Part shown: piece by piece, positions 39,428 through 50,279 of the stretch | Position numbering within the stretch: position 1 is the first letter of the stretch | Layout: each line of letters starts with the position of its first letter | NCBI GenBank assembly: GCA_041586955.1 | Contig: JBFGZE010000015.1 | Coordinates: 1-50,279 of the forward strand | Direction: 5' to 3' | Length of the DNA: 50,279 nucleotides | From: Bacteriovoracaceae bacterium | GTDB lineage: Bacteria; Bdellovibrionota; Bacteriovoracia; Bacteriovoracales; Bacteriovoracaceae | Notes under the pieces: model-generated | The model's input: only the letters and a program-made list of their open reading frames with translations | Database searches by the model: none | What the model was told of the DNA's origin: nothing | Translations under genes and position numbers: made by a program

Positions 39428-41152
39428 TTACAGTCCTTCCTTTTTAATCAATCTGTCCCAATACCCTTGCCCAGACTTTGGCCTGAACATAGTTTTAGGT
39501 AATCCATTCTTCGTTTTAACTCCAAAAATATTTGTCTTAGGATTATAAAGTAACTGTTCACCATTTGGTCTCATCTTAGAAATAGTGCCAGAAGGAGGAT
39601 TCGTAAAAAAACTTTTCGCTTTTTCCACATATTCTTTTGCATTGTTTAATTCTGGAAATGTCTTGCCATGTTTCTTCCAATGACTAAAGGCATTTTCTAC
39701 TCCATTGAACTTAGGTCCCTTTGTCCAAACTTCGCTCTTACTAAGGTTTCCAATGGAACCAGTATTGTCCAATATCCTGGAAGAGAACTTCGCAAAATCA
39801 GCTATTTCAGACTTCGCTTTTAATCCTAACTTCGCTGCGGAAGAGGCGGCACTCTTAATAAAACCAGAGTGCTTTACAACCTTGACCAGGCCTGATGCTC
39901 CTCCTGGAATAGCAGGTAAAATCGCAGCAACAGTATCGGCTCCAACTCCAAGAACGTCTAAGACTTTTTCATAGAGAAGAGTATTGTTATTCCATTTTGA
40001 AATACTGTCAATCCCCATGCCTAGTGACGCCAAGTCAATCGCCGATTCAAAATAAGCGGGAGATCTATTACTATTTTGAATAAGAAGCTCTGCCAAAACT
40101 CTGGTAGCGTTTTCGACATTAATTTCTCTTCCCTCAGTTATATGCTCTAATATCGGAATGAGTGCTTTTGGAGTATTGGAAGAAATTTTTCCATCTGAAA
40201 GTAAAGCTTTGATCCCGGCATAAAGATAGAAGTTCGCTTCAAATAAGGTGAGAGCTTTTACATCTCCAAGTCCTGCTTTTTTGGAAAGGGCAAGGCTTGA
40301 ATAAAAACTGAACCAGGCGAGGTCTAGGATAATTTCTTTTTGTTCATCGTTTTGAATAAGGTCGTGATCGAGAGTGTTTTCTTCCAATCTAAGCCTTAGC
40401 TTTTTTAAATCTTCAAAATAGAGATTAAATTCATTTTTAAATTGTTCAGCGAGGTTAAACGTTTGATTATGCCATTTTTGGTATTCAGGATCGTGGCGGT
40501 TTCCAGCATAAATATTGCCATCTGAATCCACTCCCCCTGATAGATTAATATTACATTTCGTCTCTTCTTCGATCTGGTTGGCCAACCAGCAAAGGCCATT
40601 TGAGCTCCATTTAAAAGGCGCTTCCAGCATTTTTTCAAGGATTTTATAGGAACCGCTCTCCTCAAGTTTTTTATTACCATAGGCAAAGGCATTTCCAAGT
40701 TTTTTCACCCCTCTTCCAATACTTTGTCCTGACTTTTTGGCCACGCATAGCGAGTATCCTACTGGGCGCGCGAGAGTTTTAATCTTTTGGAGTTCCTCTT
40801 TATATTGCGTTGATAATTCCCTTTTAATCTCATCTTTAAACCGTTTTTCCTTAATCTCTTGATAGATCGTTTTTGTACATTGGTACTGGACATCGGCCCA
40901 CGCCCATAAAATTTTCCAAGGCTTTTTCTTTATTTTTTGCTTAACTCTTTTGAGGCAAGTAGAGGTAATATTCACGGGTTTTTTAATGGTAACCCAATAG
41001 GCAGTTTTAATAGGAGTTTCAATGGTGACTTCGTAGGGCACTTTGACAAAGTCGATAACGAATTTCTTTTTCAAAGGGTAGTGCTTCTCACAAGATTCAT
41101 CTGCGAAAATCGCTGACGATAAAAGGATAATGCTTAAAATTATTCGTATCAT
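39428..41152 (-). CDS. Secreted polymorphic toxin with C-terminal nuclease-like tip
   Basis: Signal peptide from ATG 41152 (SD ggag); pre-toxin-like hydrophobic helices; C-terminal NAFSHWKKHG.TFPE...YVEKAKSF...YNPKTNIFG...TMFRP...YW, as in Rhs/CdiA-type tips; immunity-like gene follows. Confidence 0.78.
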   Translation of the reverse strand: MIRIILSIILLSSAIFADESCEKHYPLKKKFVIDFVKVPYEVTIETPIKTAYWVTIKKPVNITSTCLKRVKQKIKKKPWKILWAWADVQYQCTKTIYQEIKEKRFKDEIKRELSTQYKEELQKIKTLARPVGYSLCVAKKSGQSIGRGVKKLGNAFAYGNKKLEESGSYKILEKMLEAPFKWSSNGLCWLANQIEEETKCNINLSGGVDSDGNIYAGNRHDPEYQKWHNQTFNLAEQFKNEFNLYFEDLKKLRLRLEENTLDHDLIQNDEQKEIILDLAWFSFYSSLALSKKAGLGDVKALTLFEANFYLYAGIKALLSDGKISSNTPKALIPILEHITEGREINVENATRVLAELLIQNSNRSPAYFESAIDLASLGMGIDSISKWNNNTLLYEKVLDVLGVGADTVAAILPAIPGGASGLVKVVKHSGFIKSAASSAAKLGLKAKSEIADFAKFSSRILDNTGSIGNLSKSEVWTKGPKFNGVENAFSHWKKHGKTFPELNNAKEYVEKAKSFFTNPPSGTISKMRPNGEQLLYNPKTNIFGVKTKNGLPKTMFRPKSGQGYWDRLIKKEGL

Positions 41153-41326
41153 CGAATGTTCTCCCAACGGACGTTTCATTTTTTACGGGAAAAGAAGTAT
41201 CGAAAAACAGAATTTATTTAAAGTAAAATGAACGATTTTCCTCTTAGGCCAATATGAGGAGGGATATTATTAGCGAACTGTGGCAATTAAGTTACTATTT
41301 TTATTACTCTTAATCTGAAATAGCTA

Positions 41327-41356
41327 AAGCTAAGAGAGAGAGATTTCTCTTAGCTT
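41327..41356 (-). terminator. Inverted repeat, probable terminator of metF-metH
   Basis: aagctaagaga-N8-tctcttagctt, a perfect 11-bp stem about 20 bp after the metH stop. Confidence 0.65.
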
Positions 41357-41377
41357 GATGAAGGTATTTTGAACTTT

Positions 41378-44300
41378 TTATAAATTAGGGGCCAACCAAC
41401 GTCTGACTTCATCAACCTCCATGCCCTTTCTTTTGGCATAATCTTCAATTTGGTCAACATCAATCTTACCCAGGTTAAAGTATTTTGAATCAGGGTATTG
41501 CATATAATAACCGGAGACTGAGCTCGCTGGGTACATGGCATAATTCTCAGTTAAGACAGCGCCAATATTTTCTTCAACTTTGAGCAGATCCCAAATCACT
41601 CTTTTCTCAGTGTGGTCTGGGCAGGAAGGGTAACCAGGAGCAGGCCTAACACCACGGTATTTTTCCTTGATTAGGTCTTCTCGAGTCAAGTTTTCGTCTT
41701 TTCCAAAGCCCCAAGAGTCGCGGACTTTTTTGTGAAGGAGCTCAGCAAAAGCTTCGGCCAAGCGGTCACCGATGGCCTTAACGAGAATAGAATTATAATC
41801 ATCAAGCTCATCTTCAAAGGTCTTGGCAAATTTTTCGACCTCATCTCCCATGGTCACGACAAATGCGCCACTGAAGTCTTGATAACCTTTAGGTGCCACA
41901 AAATCACAGAGGCTGCGCAAGGGTCTGTCAGCGTCTTTTTCTTTTTGCTGGCGCAAGAAAGAAAATTGGCAGAGCTTTTCTTGGCGTTGTTCATCTTTAT
42001 AGAGAATGACATCATCGCCATGATTATTGGCCGGCCATAAACCAAAAACGGCCTTGGGTCTAAATTTTTTCTCTTTGATAATGAGTGCTAACATATTCTT
42101 TGCATCTTCAAAGAGAGATTTTGCCTGTTCACTATATTTTGGGTTTTCAAGGATTGCGGGAAATGTTCCCTTGAGTTCCCAGGTCCAGAAGAAGGGGGAC
42201 CAATCGATAAAATCAGCGATTTCCTCAAGTTCGACTTGATCCCAAACTTGGAGACCGATTTTTTCAGGGGTATGCAATTGGATTTGTTCCCAATCAATTT
42301 GTGGGGCCTTTTTTCTGGCCACATCAATAGGAGTAAAGGGAATGTTACTCTCTCCGCTATTAAAAGATTGCCTGAGAGACTCTTGTTTCGCCAAAAGCTC
42401 TCGAACATATTGCTCTTTTCTATTTTTATCTTCTGTAAGAAGGTTATTACATACCTCTACCACTAGAGAAGCGTCGCCAACTTGAACGATGGGTTGGTCA
42501 TAAGCGGGAGAGATTTTAATCGCCGTATGGGCCTTAGAGGTCGTTGCGCCGCCAACGAGAAGAGGTGTGGTGAATCCCTGCTTCTTCATTTCGCTAGCAT
42601 TAAAAATCATTTCATCAAGTGAAGGAGTGATAAGGCCACTCATGCCAATGATATTGGCATTTTCCTTTTTGGCGGTTCTAAGGATTTCTTCACAGGAAAC
42701 CATGACTCCTAGGTCAATCACCCTATAGCCATTGCAGGAAAGCACGACTGAAACAATATTTTTACCAATATCGTGAACATCGCCTTTTACTGTGGCGATG
42801 ACAAATGTCTTTTGAGAAGAGATATTTTTGCTTTTCTTTTCGGCGTCCATATAGGGTTCAAGGAAAGCAACCGCCTTTTTCATGACCCGTGCCGATTTCA
42901 CGACTTGAGGTAAAAACATCTTACCAGCGCCGAATAATTCTCCAACCACTTTCATGCCATCCATGAGTGGGCCCTCAATAACGGCAAGGGGAATTTTCAA
43001 TTCTTTAAAGGCCTCTTCAGTATCCTTTTCGATAAAATCGACAATACCTTGGACCAGGGCATGAGTAATACGCTCGCCTAATGGTTTTTCTCGCCATTCA
43101 AGATTATTGCGGTCTTTTTTCTTATTTTGACCTTTAAATTGTTCCGCGAAGTCAATCAGATTTTCTGTTGCCTCAGGACTTCTATTAAGAAGGACATCCT
43201 CTACCTTTTCTTTAAGTTCCGGTTTAATGTCTTCATATATCTCAAGCATACCGGCGTTAACAATTCCCATATCCAGACCTGCCTGGATCGCGTGATAGAG
43301 AAAGGCCGAATGCATCGCTTCGCGCACAACATTATTTCCTCTAAAGGAAAAGGAGATATTACTGACACCGCCAGAAGTGAGAGCGCCTGGGCATTCTTTT
43401 TTGATTTGGCGGACAGCTTCGATAAAGTCGACAGCATAATTATTATGCTCATCCATTCCCGTCGCCACTGTTAGAATATTGGGATCAAAGATAATATCGC
43501 GGGGGTCAATTTCAACTTGGTTGACCAAGATATCATAGGCCCTTTTGCAAATACGGACCTTGTCGGCCATTTCGGCAGCTTGCCCCTTTTCATCAAATGC
43601 CATCACTACCACGGCAGCACCATAGTTTTTAATGAGCTGCGCCTGTTTGATAAAATTTTCCTCTCCCTCTTTAAGAGAGATGGAGTTAACGATAGATTTT
43701 CCCTGAAGGCATTTGAGTCCGGCCTCAATCACTTCCCATTTTGACGAATCGATCATGATAGGAACTTTGCAGATGTCTGGCTCTGATGCCACAAGATGTA
43801 AAAACTTGGTCATGCAGGCAATGCCATCAATCAAGGCCTCATCAAAATTGATATCGATGATATTTGCGCCATTTTCAACTTGTTGGCGGGCGACCTTGAG
43901 GGCCTCTTCGTAGTTATTCTCTTTAATAAGGCGGGCAAATTTAGGGCTACCGGTAACGTTGGTTCTTTCACCAACCATTAAAAATTGGGTTAAACGCTCT
44001 TCCGTAATATTAAGAGCTTCCAGGCCTGAGAGGCGAGTTACTGGGGAAAGTGATGGAATGGAGCGAGGGGTCAGGTCTTTTAATTCCATATAAATGGCAT
44101 TGATATGATCGGGGGTCGTTCCACAGCAACCACCTACCATATTGACGTAACCTTCTTTCGCGAACTCCGACATAAAATTAGCGGTAATATTTGGCGTTTC
44201 ATCATAGCCCGTGGCGGCCAGGGGATTAGGCAGGCCGGCATTAGGGTAACAACTGGTATAACAATCAGAAACACGGGCAAGCTCGGCCATAAAAGGGCGC

Positions 44301-45073
44301 ATCTCTTCGGCCCCTAAAGCGCAATTGATTCCGACGCTAATCGGATCTGCGTGGCGAATCGAATTCCAGCAGGCCTCAACTGTTTGACCCGATAGGGTTC
44401 GACCGGATTGATCGGTAATAGTGATTGATATAAGGATAGGAATTTTATAATCAAGTTCTTTTTCTAATTCCTTGATGGCGAATAAGGCCGCCTTGAGATT
44501 AAGAGTGTCAAAGGTGGTTTCAGGTAAAAGAAAATCGGCTCCACCTTCAATAAGGGCCTTGGCCTGCTCAAAATAATCATTTCTTAACTCATCAAAACTG
44601 ATTGCCCTAAAAGCTGGGTTATTAACATCGGGAGACATCGAGGCCGTGCGATTGGTCGGACCTATCGCTCCGGCCACATAACATTTGCGATTGGGGTCCA
44701 TCGCCATTAATTTGCGACAAGCACTTTTGGCAATCTTGGCCGATTCTCTATTGATTTCAGCGGCGAAATCTTCTAATTGATAATCAGCTTGTGCCACTCT
44801 GGTACCACTAAAAGTATTCGTTTCAATGATATCCGAGCCTGCTTTTAAATACTGAAGGTGAATTTCTTCAATAATTTCTGGCCGAGTTAGACTAAGAAGG
44901 TCATTATTGCCTTTAAGGTCGACAGGGTGATCTTTAAATCGCTCCCCGCGGAAGTCTTCCTCTTCTAGTTTATATTGTTGAATCATCGTTCCCATCGCAC
45001 CATCGAGAAAAACGATGCGCTTGGAAAGAGTGTCAAGTAATTCGAGTCCAGCTTGAGAATATTGTTTTTTCAT
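41378..45073 (-). CDS. metH: Cobalamin-dependent methionine synthase
   Basis: [39 protein letters not shown] (B12 His ligand), RPAPGYP; 1231 aa. Confidence 0.99.
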   Translation of the reverse strand: MKKQYSQAGLELLDTLSKRIVFLDGAMGTMIQQYKLEEEDFRGERFKDHPVDLKGNNDLLSLTRPEIIEEIHLQYLKAGSDIIETNTFSGTRVAQADYQLEDFAAEINRESAKIAKSACRKLMAMDPNRKCYVAGAIGPTNRTASMSPDVNNPAFRAISFDELRNDYFEQAKALIEGGADFLLPETTFDTLNLKAALFAIKELEKELDYKIPILISITITDQSGRTLSGQTVEACWNSIRHADPISVGINCALGAEEMRPFMAELARVSDCYTSCYPNAGLPNPLAATGYDETPNITANFMSEFAKEGYVNMVGGCCGTTPDHINAIYMELKDLTPRSIPSLSPVTRLSGLEALNITEERLTQFLMVGERTNVTGSPKFARLIKENNYEEALKVARQQVENGANIIDINFDEALIDGIACMTKFLHLVASEPDICKVPIMIDSSKWEVIEAGLKCLQGKSIVNSISLKEGEENFIKQAQLIKNYGAAVVVMAFDEKGQAAEMADKVRICKRAYDILVNQVEIDPRDIIFDPNILTVATGMDEHNNYAVDFIEAVRQIKKECPGALTSGGVSNISFSFRGNNVVREAMHSAFLYHAIQAGLDMGIVNAGMLEIYEDIKPELKEKVEDVLLNRSPEATENLIDFAEQFKGQNKKKDRNNLEWREKPLGERITHALVQGIVDFIEKDTEEAFKELKIPLAVIEGPLMDGMKVVGELFGAGKMFLPQVVKSARVMKKAVAFLEPYMDAEKKSKNISSQKTFVIATVKGDVHDIGKNIVSVVLSCNGYRVIDLGVMVSCEEILRTAKKENANIIGMSGLITPSLDEMIFNASEMKKQGFTTPLLVGGATTSKAHTAIKISPAYDQPIVQVGDASLVVEVCNNLLTEDKNRKEQYVRELLAKQESLRQSFNSGESNIPFTPIDVARKKAPQIDWEQIQLHTPEKIGLQVWDQVELEEIADFIDWSPFFWTWELKGTFPAILENPKYSEQAKSLFEDAKNMLALIIKEKKFRPKAVFGLWPANNHGDDVILYKDEQRQEKLCQFSFLRQQKEKDADRPLRSLCDFVAPKGYQDFSGAFVVTMGDEVEKFAKTFEDELDDYNSILVKAIGDRLAEAFAELLHKKVRDSWGFGKDENLTREDLIKEKYRGVRPAPGYPSCPDHTEKRVIWDLLKVEENIGAVLTENYAMYPASSVSGYYMQYPDSKYFNLGKIDVDQIEDYAKRKGMEVDEVRRWLAPNL

Positions 45074-46017
45074 TAGTTAAATTTCTTTACGATTTCTAAT
45101 ACAGAAGCAGTGTCATTCATAATATAAAAATGAACTGTCGGTACACCGAAGTTAAGAAGTTCCTCTGTTTGTTTCATGGCCCAGCGAAGACCAATTTCTT
45201 TGACGTGTTCTTGGTTTTCCATCACTTCGTTTACAAATTCATCCGGAAAATTAATATAGAAATGACGTGGGATCGATTGTAATTGCTTAACTGATTTTAA
45301 AATCTTTAGGCCTGGAATAATGGGGCAGGTGATTTTTTGTTCGCGGCATTCCTTAACAAAATCAAAATATTTTTGATTATTAAAAAACATCTGGGTGGTG
45401 ACATAGTCGGCACCATTATCAATTTTTTGCTTAAGAAATTGGATATCAGTTGAAAGATTTGGCGCTTCAAAATGTTTTTCGGGATACCCGGCGACGCCCA
45501 CTCCAAAGTCGAGAGGCTGACTATTTGAAATATCATCCAAAAAAGAGCCATCACGCAATTGACCAATTTGTGCGACAAGGTCACCAGCGTATTGATTGAC
45601 AGTTCTGTCTTTAGACACTTTCTTATTATAATTAAGGCCATCACCTCTTAGGGCGAGGACATTATGAATGCCAAGATAATTGAGCTCGATCAGGGCATCT
45701 TCGGTCTCTTCTTTAGTGAATCCATTACATAATAAATGGGTGACAGTATCAATTTTAAAGCGGTTTTGAATAATCCCACAAATGCCAATAGTGCCAGGCC
45801 TTTTTTTGATAATCCGTCGCTCGATTGAGCCATCTGGCCGGTCATTATAAAAAGCGCCAGCGGAATGGGCCGTGACGTCAATCCAAGGGGGGTTTTGGGG
45901 CATTAATTGTTCAACAATTTCGACAATATCTTTAACCGATCTACCGCGGGGTGGCGGTACAATTTCGTAAGAAAAAAGAGGGTTCGTCGCTTTATCAATA
46001 TGCTCAATTACTTTCAT
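45073..46017 (-). CDS. metF: 5,10-methylenetetrahydrofolate reductase
   Basis: SYEIVPP, LALRGD, AGYPEKH, TQMFF, PIIPG, HFY. One-base TAATG overlap with metH. Confidence 0.95.
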   Translation of the reverse strand: MKVIEHIDKATNPLFSYEIVPPPRGRSVKDIVEIVEQLMPQNPPWIDVTAHSAGAFYNDRPDGSIERRIIKKRPGTIGICGIIQNRFKIDTVTHLLCNGFTKEETEDALIELNYLGIHNVLALRGDGLNYNKKVSKDRTVNQYAGDLVAQIGQLRDGSFLDDISNSQPLDFGVGVAGYPEKHFEAPNLSTDIQFLKQKIDNGADYVTTQMFFNNQKYFDFVKECREQKITCPIIPGLKILKSVKQLQSIPRHFYINFPDEFVNEVMENQEHVKEIGLRWAMKQTEELLNFGVPTVHFYIMNDTASVLEIVKKFN

Positions 46018-46124
46018 AGAAATCCCTAAAAAATTATCAATATATAATATAACCCCTTTTTTATCCTTTTTACAGATCCTTTAAGCAAAGATATTCTAGG
46101 TAGGTCTGAAGAATTTGGGGATGT

Positions 46125-47225
46125 ATGTCAAAGAAAGTTGTTTTTTTACATGATTGGTTAACGGGTTTTCGCGGCGGTGAGCGGGTGCTTGAAGCACTAC
46201 TTGAGCTTTATCCTCAGGCGGCAATCTATACTCTTATTCATGAAAAGGGGGCCTTGCCGGCCTCTATTGAGGAGCGCAAGATATACGCTTCCTGGCTTAA
46301 TTCTATTCCTGGCGTGTCCAAGCATTATCGCAAATTTCTTCCTCTCTTTCCTATGGCCGCGAGCTCTATTAAATTGCCTGAAGACACTGACCTCATTATT
46401 AGCAGCTCCCATTGTGTCATTAAGGGGGTACCACGGCCGTCGGGAGCGAAGCATATCTCTTATATCCACAGTCCGATGCGTTACGTCTATGACCAATTTG
46501 AAAATTATTTTGGCCCCTCGGCCCCTTTTTACCAGCGCTGGGGGATGAAGTTATGCCGCTCCTATCTTCAAAATTGGGATCAGGCCTCTAACATTCATGT
46601 CGATCATATGATTGCTAACTCCGCCTTCGTTGCCGAGAGAATTAAAACTTATTATCACACTGAACCTGCTATTATTCATCCTTTTGTCGATCTTAAAGAT
46701 TTTGAATCGATTCAAAAATCTCCTGCTCAGAAGGAGGATTTCTATTTAATGGTTACCGCTTTTGCACCCAATAAACGGGTTGATTTAGCGATTAAGGCGT
46801 TTAATCAATCTGGGCGAAAGTTAAAAATAATTGGTTCAGGCCAGCAAGAAAAGGACTTAATGGCGATGGCAGGGAAAAATATCGAATTCTTGGGGAATTT
46901 GTCACGCGAAGAGGTACTCTCTCATTTTTCTCGTGCCAAAGCTTTTATCTTTCCCGGAGTTGAGGATTTTGGCATCACACCCCTTGAGTCCTTGGCCGCC
47001 GGAACACCGGTTATTGCCTATAAGATTGGAGGAGTTTTAGAAACTCTTAATAATGATGTTGCGGTATTTTTTGAAAAACCAGATATTGCCTCGCTCAATG
47101 AGGCGGTCGAACAATTTGAGGGCATCGACTTTAGTCGAGAGGCGCTTTTTGCGCGAGCACGTGAATTTTCTCGCGATGCTTTTAAAAATAAAATGAAGGC
47201 CTTTATTGAAGGCCAATTAAATTAA
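46125..47225 (+). CDS. Glycosyltransferase family 4
   Basis: HDWLTGFRGGERVL, YIHSPMRY, EDFGITPLES (EX7E). Confidence 0.93.
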   Translation: MSKKVVFLHDWLTGFRGGERVLEALLELYPQAAIYTLIHEKGALPASIEERKIYASWLNSIPGVSKHYRKFLPLFPMAASSIKLPEDTDLIISSSHCVIKGVPRPSGAKHISYIHSPMRYVYDQFENYFGPSAPFYQRWGMKLCRSYLQNWDQASNIHVDHMIANSAFVAERIKTYYHTEPAIIHPFVDLKDFESIQKSPAQKEDFYLMVTAFAPNKRVDLAIKAFNQSGRKLKIIGSGQQEKDLMAMAGKNIEFLGNLSREEVLSHFSRAKAFIFPGVEDFGITPLESLAAGTPVIAYKIGGVLETLNNDVAVFFEKPDIASLNEAVEQFEGIDFSREALFARAREFSRDAFKNKMKAFIEGQLN

Positions 47226-47235
47226 GGAATCTCTA

Positions 47236-48216
47236 ATGGCGCAAAAAATTCTGATTACCGGAGGGGCCGGTTATATTGGCTCTCATATCGTCAATTTACT
47301 GGGTAAAGCGGGTCATGATTTAACAATTCTCGATAACCTTTCTACCGGCCGGAAGGCCTCCATTTTATATGGAAACCATATTCACGATGATATTGAAAAT
47401 TTAGAGGCACTTGATGCACTTTTGGCCAAAGAAAAATTTGAGGCCTGTATTCATTTTGCCGGTTCTATTGTTGTTCCCGAAAGTGTGGAAAACCCCACAA
47501 AATACTATAAAAATAATACCGAAAATTCTCTTAATTTAATGCGTTTATGTATTAAGCATAAAGTGAATAAATTTATTTTTTCAAGTACTGCTGCTGTCTA
47601 TGGCATGGGTGACGAAACAGGTCGTTGCAGGGAAGAGACCGCGGTTGCACCTATTAACCCCTATGGTTGGTCAAAATTAATGACTGAGCAAATGCTGAAG
47701 GATCATTCATTTGCCCATGATGATTTTGAATTTGTAGCGCTACGCTATTTTAATGTTGCTGGCGCTAATGTCGATAACCTTATTGGACAATGTACCCCTA
47801 ACGCCACCCATTTGATTAAAATTGCAAGTGAATGCGCATCTGGGAAGCGAGATAAAATGGCAATCTTTGGGGACGATTACCCCACACCAGATGGGACCTG
47901 TCTTCGCGATTATATTCATGTTGATGATTTGGCCCAAGCCCATGTCGATGCTCTGAACTATCTCGTTAAAGGTGGAAAATCGGAAATACTTAATTGTGGT
48001 TATGGCCATGGATATTCTGTTAAAGAAGTGATTGCCACAGTGAAAAAGGTCACGGGAGTCGACTTTAAGGTGGAAGTTGCTGGACGGCGGGCAGGAGATT
48101 CGGTTGAGTTGGTTTCTGTCGCCGAAAAAATACGCGACATTATTGGTTGGAAACCGCAATATGATGATCTCGAGCTTATTGTACGCACGGCCTTTGAATG
48201 GGAAAAGAAATTATAA
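47236..48216 (+). CDS. galE: UDP-glucose 4-epimerase
   Basis: TGGAGYIGSH, FSSTAAVYG, YGWSK, LRYFNVAGA, RDYIHVDDLA. Confidence 0.97.
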   Translation: MAQKILITGGAGYIGSHIVNLLGKAGHDLTILDNLSTGRKASILYGNHIHDDIENLEALDALLAKEKFEACIHFAGSIVVPESVENPTKYYKNNTENSLNLMRLCIKHKVNKFIFSSTAAVYGMGDETGRCREETAVAPINPYGWSKLMTEQMLKDHSFAHDDFEFVALRYFNVAGANVDNLIGQCTPNATHLIKIASECASGKRDKMAIFGDDYPTPDGTCLRDYIHVDDLAQAHVDALNYLVKGGKSEILNCGYGHGYSVKEVIATVKKVTGVDFKVEVAGRRAGDSVELVSVAEKIRDIIGWKPQYDDLELIVRTAFEWEKKL

Positions 48217-48236
48217 ATTTAACCTCAGAGGGATTA

Positions 48237-49070
48237 ATGAAAATTGAAAATTCTCACTTAAAAGTCGAAATAACTTCGCAGGGGGCAGAACTTCAATCCC
48301 TTTACCATAAGATGAGCGAGCGAGAATATCTTTGGCAGGGGGATGCGAAATTTTGGAAGCGTCGTGCCCCTCTTTTATTTCCATTTGTTGGTTGCCTAAG
48401 TAATGGTTCTTATATTTATGAAGGGCAGACCTACTCAATGACTCCCCATGGGTTTGCTCGTGATTCTCTTTTTACGGAAAGCTTAATCAATGAGAACGAA
48501 GTCGAGTATGAATTAGAAAGCTCCGCCCTAACTCGATCCAATTATCCCTTTGACTTTTCTTTGAAGGTTAATTATCGACTTGAAGATAATTGTTTAATTC
48601 ATCAAATGCGGGTTGCCAACCCAGGAGACAAGGACCTCCCTTTTTCCATAGGCTATCATCCGGCCTTTAATTTTCCTATCGGTGGCGAAATACATTTCGA
48701 AACCTTTATGGATCAATGCTTTTATTTAGAAGATGGTCTTTTACAAAATAAACCCTCAATTTCTCCTATTGATCAAAAGGTTTTAACAACCAATGACTTT
48801 ACCTTTCAAAGAGATGCTCTCATCTTTAAACATCATGAGAATCAAAAAATTACCCTTAAAGGGGAGGGCCATGATCTTATTGTCCATTTAAACGGGGCGC
48901 CCTCTCTTGGGCTTTGGGCAAAACCAGGAGCTCCCTATATTTGTATTGAGCCTTGGTATGGATATGCAGACCCTGTCGGTTTTGATGGAGATATATTTGA
49001 AAAACCTGGAATGGAAGTCATTGTGCCTGGTCAGGAATTTAATTGTGAAATAAAAATAGAAATCAAATAA
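48237..49070 (+). CDS. Aldose 1-epimerase family protein (LacX-like)
   Basis: GAELQSL, EYLWQGD, HGFARD, GYHPAF, YICIEPW. Start moved to ATG 48237. Confidence 0.92.
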   Translation: MKIENSHLKVEITSQGAELQSLYHKMSEREYLWQGDAKFWKRRAPLLFPFVGCLSNGSYIYEGQTYSMTPHGFARDSLFTESLINENEVEYELESSALTRSNYPFDFSLKVNYRLEDNCLIHQMRVANPGDKDLPFSIGYHPAFNFPIGGEIHFETFMDQCFYLEDGLLQNKPSISPIDQKVLTTNDFTFQRDALIFKHHENQKITLKGEGHDLIVHLNGAPSLGLWAKPGAPYICIEPWYGYADPVGFDGDIFEKPGMEVIVPGQEFNCEIKIEIK

Positions 49071-49082
49071 GTTGGTGAATTA

Positions 49083-50279
49083 GTGAAAAATTGGGAAGTG
49101 TCTTTTATATGGACAGCATTTATAATTTGGTCAGTATCGATTTATACATCGATTTCTCTCTCGGCACTTGGGCATATTATTTTAATACCGCCTTCCATTT
49201 TGGCGCTCATTCGCCTTATTAAAAGTAAAAATATCACTTTACCCAAAAGCTATTGGGCCTTATTGGCACTTTTTGGCGTGAGTGTTTTGAGTGTTCTTTT
49301 TAATTGGGATATTATTGAAAAACCTTTTCGCCATTTGGGTAAATTAAAATACTTTTTAATGACTCTTTTGATCGTGCTTCCGGTTAAGGAGCTTTTGGCC
49401 AAAAAATGGGATGAGAAAAAAGTACGTTTGATTCTTCATCTTTTTCTCATTTCAACAGCAATTGCCGCCATATCGGGAATTATTGGAGTACATACCGGTT
49501 TTAATCCTTTGAAAATGAAAAATGCCTGCCACCCGACACGCTCTTGTGGCCTCTATGGCATGTATATGACCTATGGCTATGGCATTAGTTTTTTTATTAC
49601 GATCTTAATAGGTCTTCTTCTTAAGAGAAAACAGGTCTTGCCTTATGCTCACCCTCTTCTTGTTTTGTCTTCGACATTGATTAATTTTGTAGGTCTGATC
49701 TATTCCTATACTCGTGGTGCATTACTGGGATTATTAATTTCTGCACCTTTTTACTTTTTTAAAAATTATAAGAAAAAATTCATTTTGCTAATGGTGAGCA
49801 GTGTCATATGTCTTGGGGTGGCCATTCAATACAGCCCTCGCCTAAATGATGTCTTCACTAAAAGATCGGGCTCTAATCTTCAACGAATTTCCTACTTTAA
49901 GGCCGCCTTTTATGGCCTTAAAGAAAGACCTATTTTGGGCCTTGGTTTTAAGAATTTTGAGCCGAACTCTGTCCGCTTAAAAACGGAACATGGACTTTAT
50001 GCACCTAATATTCAAGGGCATGCCCATAATAATTATCTTGAGGTTTTGGCGAGTACTGGACTTTTGGGGCTTTTATCCTTTGTCTTATTTTTGGGGTTTT
50101 GGCTGGTTGAAGTTTATAGGCGCGGTGATTTATTGGGATATGTCTGTTTTCCCTTTATCATTAACTTTATGGTTTCGGGAATGACTCAATACACCTTTGG
50201 AGATGGTGAAAACCTATTTTTTATCTTCTTTGTTTATATTTTACATGCTTGTTCATTTTCAAAAAGTGCGGAATCTTAA
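49083..50279 (+). CDS. O-antigen ligase/polymerase (Wzy_C) family protein
   Basis: Multi-TM; SYTRGALLG, RPILGLG, HAHNNYLEVLASTGLLG. Ends with TAA at the window edge. Confidence 0.9.
   Translation: MKNWEVSFIWTAFIIWSVSIYTSISLSALGHIILIPPSILALIRLIKSKNITLPKSYWALLALFGVSVLSVLFNWDIIEKPFRHLGKLKYFLMTLLIVLPVKELLAKKWDEKKVRLILHLFLISTAIAAISGIIGVHTGFNPLKMKNACHPTRSCGLYGMYMTYGYGISFFITILIGLLLKRKQVLPYAHPLLVLSSTLINFVGLIYSYTRGALLGLLISAPFYFFKNYKKKFILLMVSSVICLGVAIQYSPRLNDVFTKRSGSNLQRISYFKAAFYGLKERPILGLGFKNFEPNSVRLKTEHGLYAPNIQGHAHNNYLEVLASTGLLGLLSFVLFLGFWLVEVYRRGDLLGYVCFPFIINFMVSGMTQYTFGDGENLFFIFFVYILHACSFSKSAES

Noticed and set aside
38595..41300. Prophage or IS as the vehicle of the toxin locus
   Set aside because: No integrase, transposase, terminal inverted repeats or flanking direct repeats were seen.

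Overview
AT-rich, gene-dense bacterial chromosomal window. Its gene content suggests a predatory Bdellovibrionota such as Bacteriovoracaceae (inference). From left to right it holds: the 3' end of an Fe-S-cluster nuclease/helicase-like gene; a Glt-type gliding-motility operon (OM beta-barrel, three TPR proteins, GltF-like, FHA-GltG-like) converging on an AglRQS-type proton-channel motor operon that ends in a membrane polyferredoxin; housekeeping genes (gmhA, trxA, polA, groES/groEL, lepB); a sigma-54-driven secreted protein plus matrixin protease; an Opp/Yej-type peptide ABC transporter; a Btu-like cobalamin uptake cluster; an SH3-GH73 peptidoglycan hydrolase with a coupled partner; an HtrA-type protease, psd and an EEP hydrolase; a sigma-54 HTH pair plus FAD oxidoreductase; metF-metH; and the start of a surface-polysaccharide cluster. 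The most unusual element is a polymorphic toxin locus at about 38600-41152. It has a signal-peptide-bearing toxin with an unfamiliar N-terminus and a nuclease-like C-terminal tip, a CPCC-type immunity gene, then a frameshifted orphan toxin module sharing the junction sequence and a decayed second immunity gene. GGA-loop hairpins (CsrA-like sites) lie upstream of the gliding operon and the sigma-54 protease operon. No rRNA, tRNA, CRISPR array, IS or prophage was seen. All family calls come from motif recognition, not database searches.
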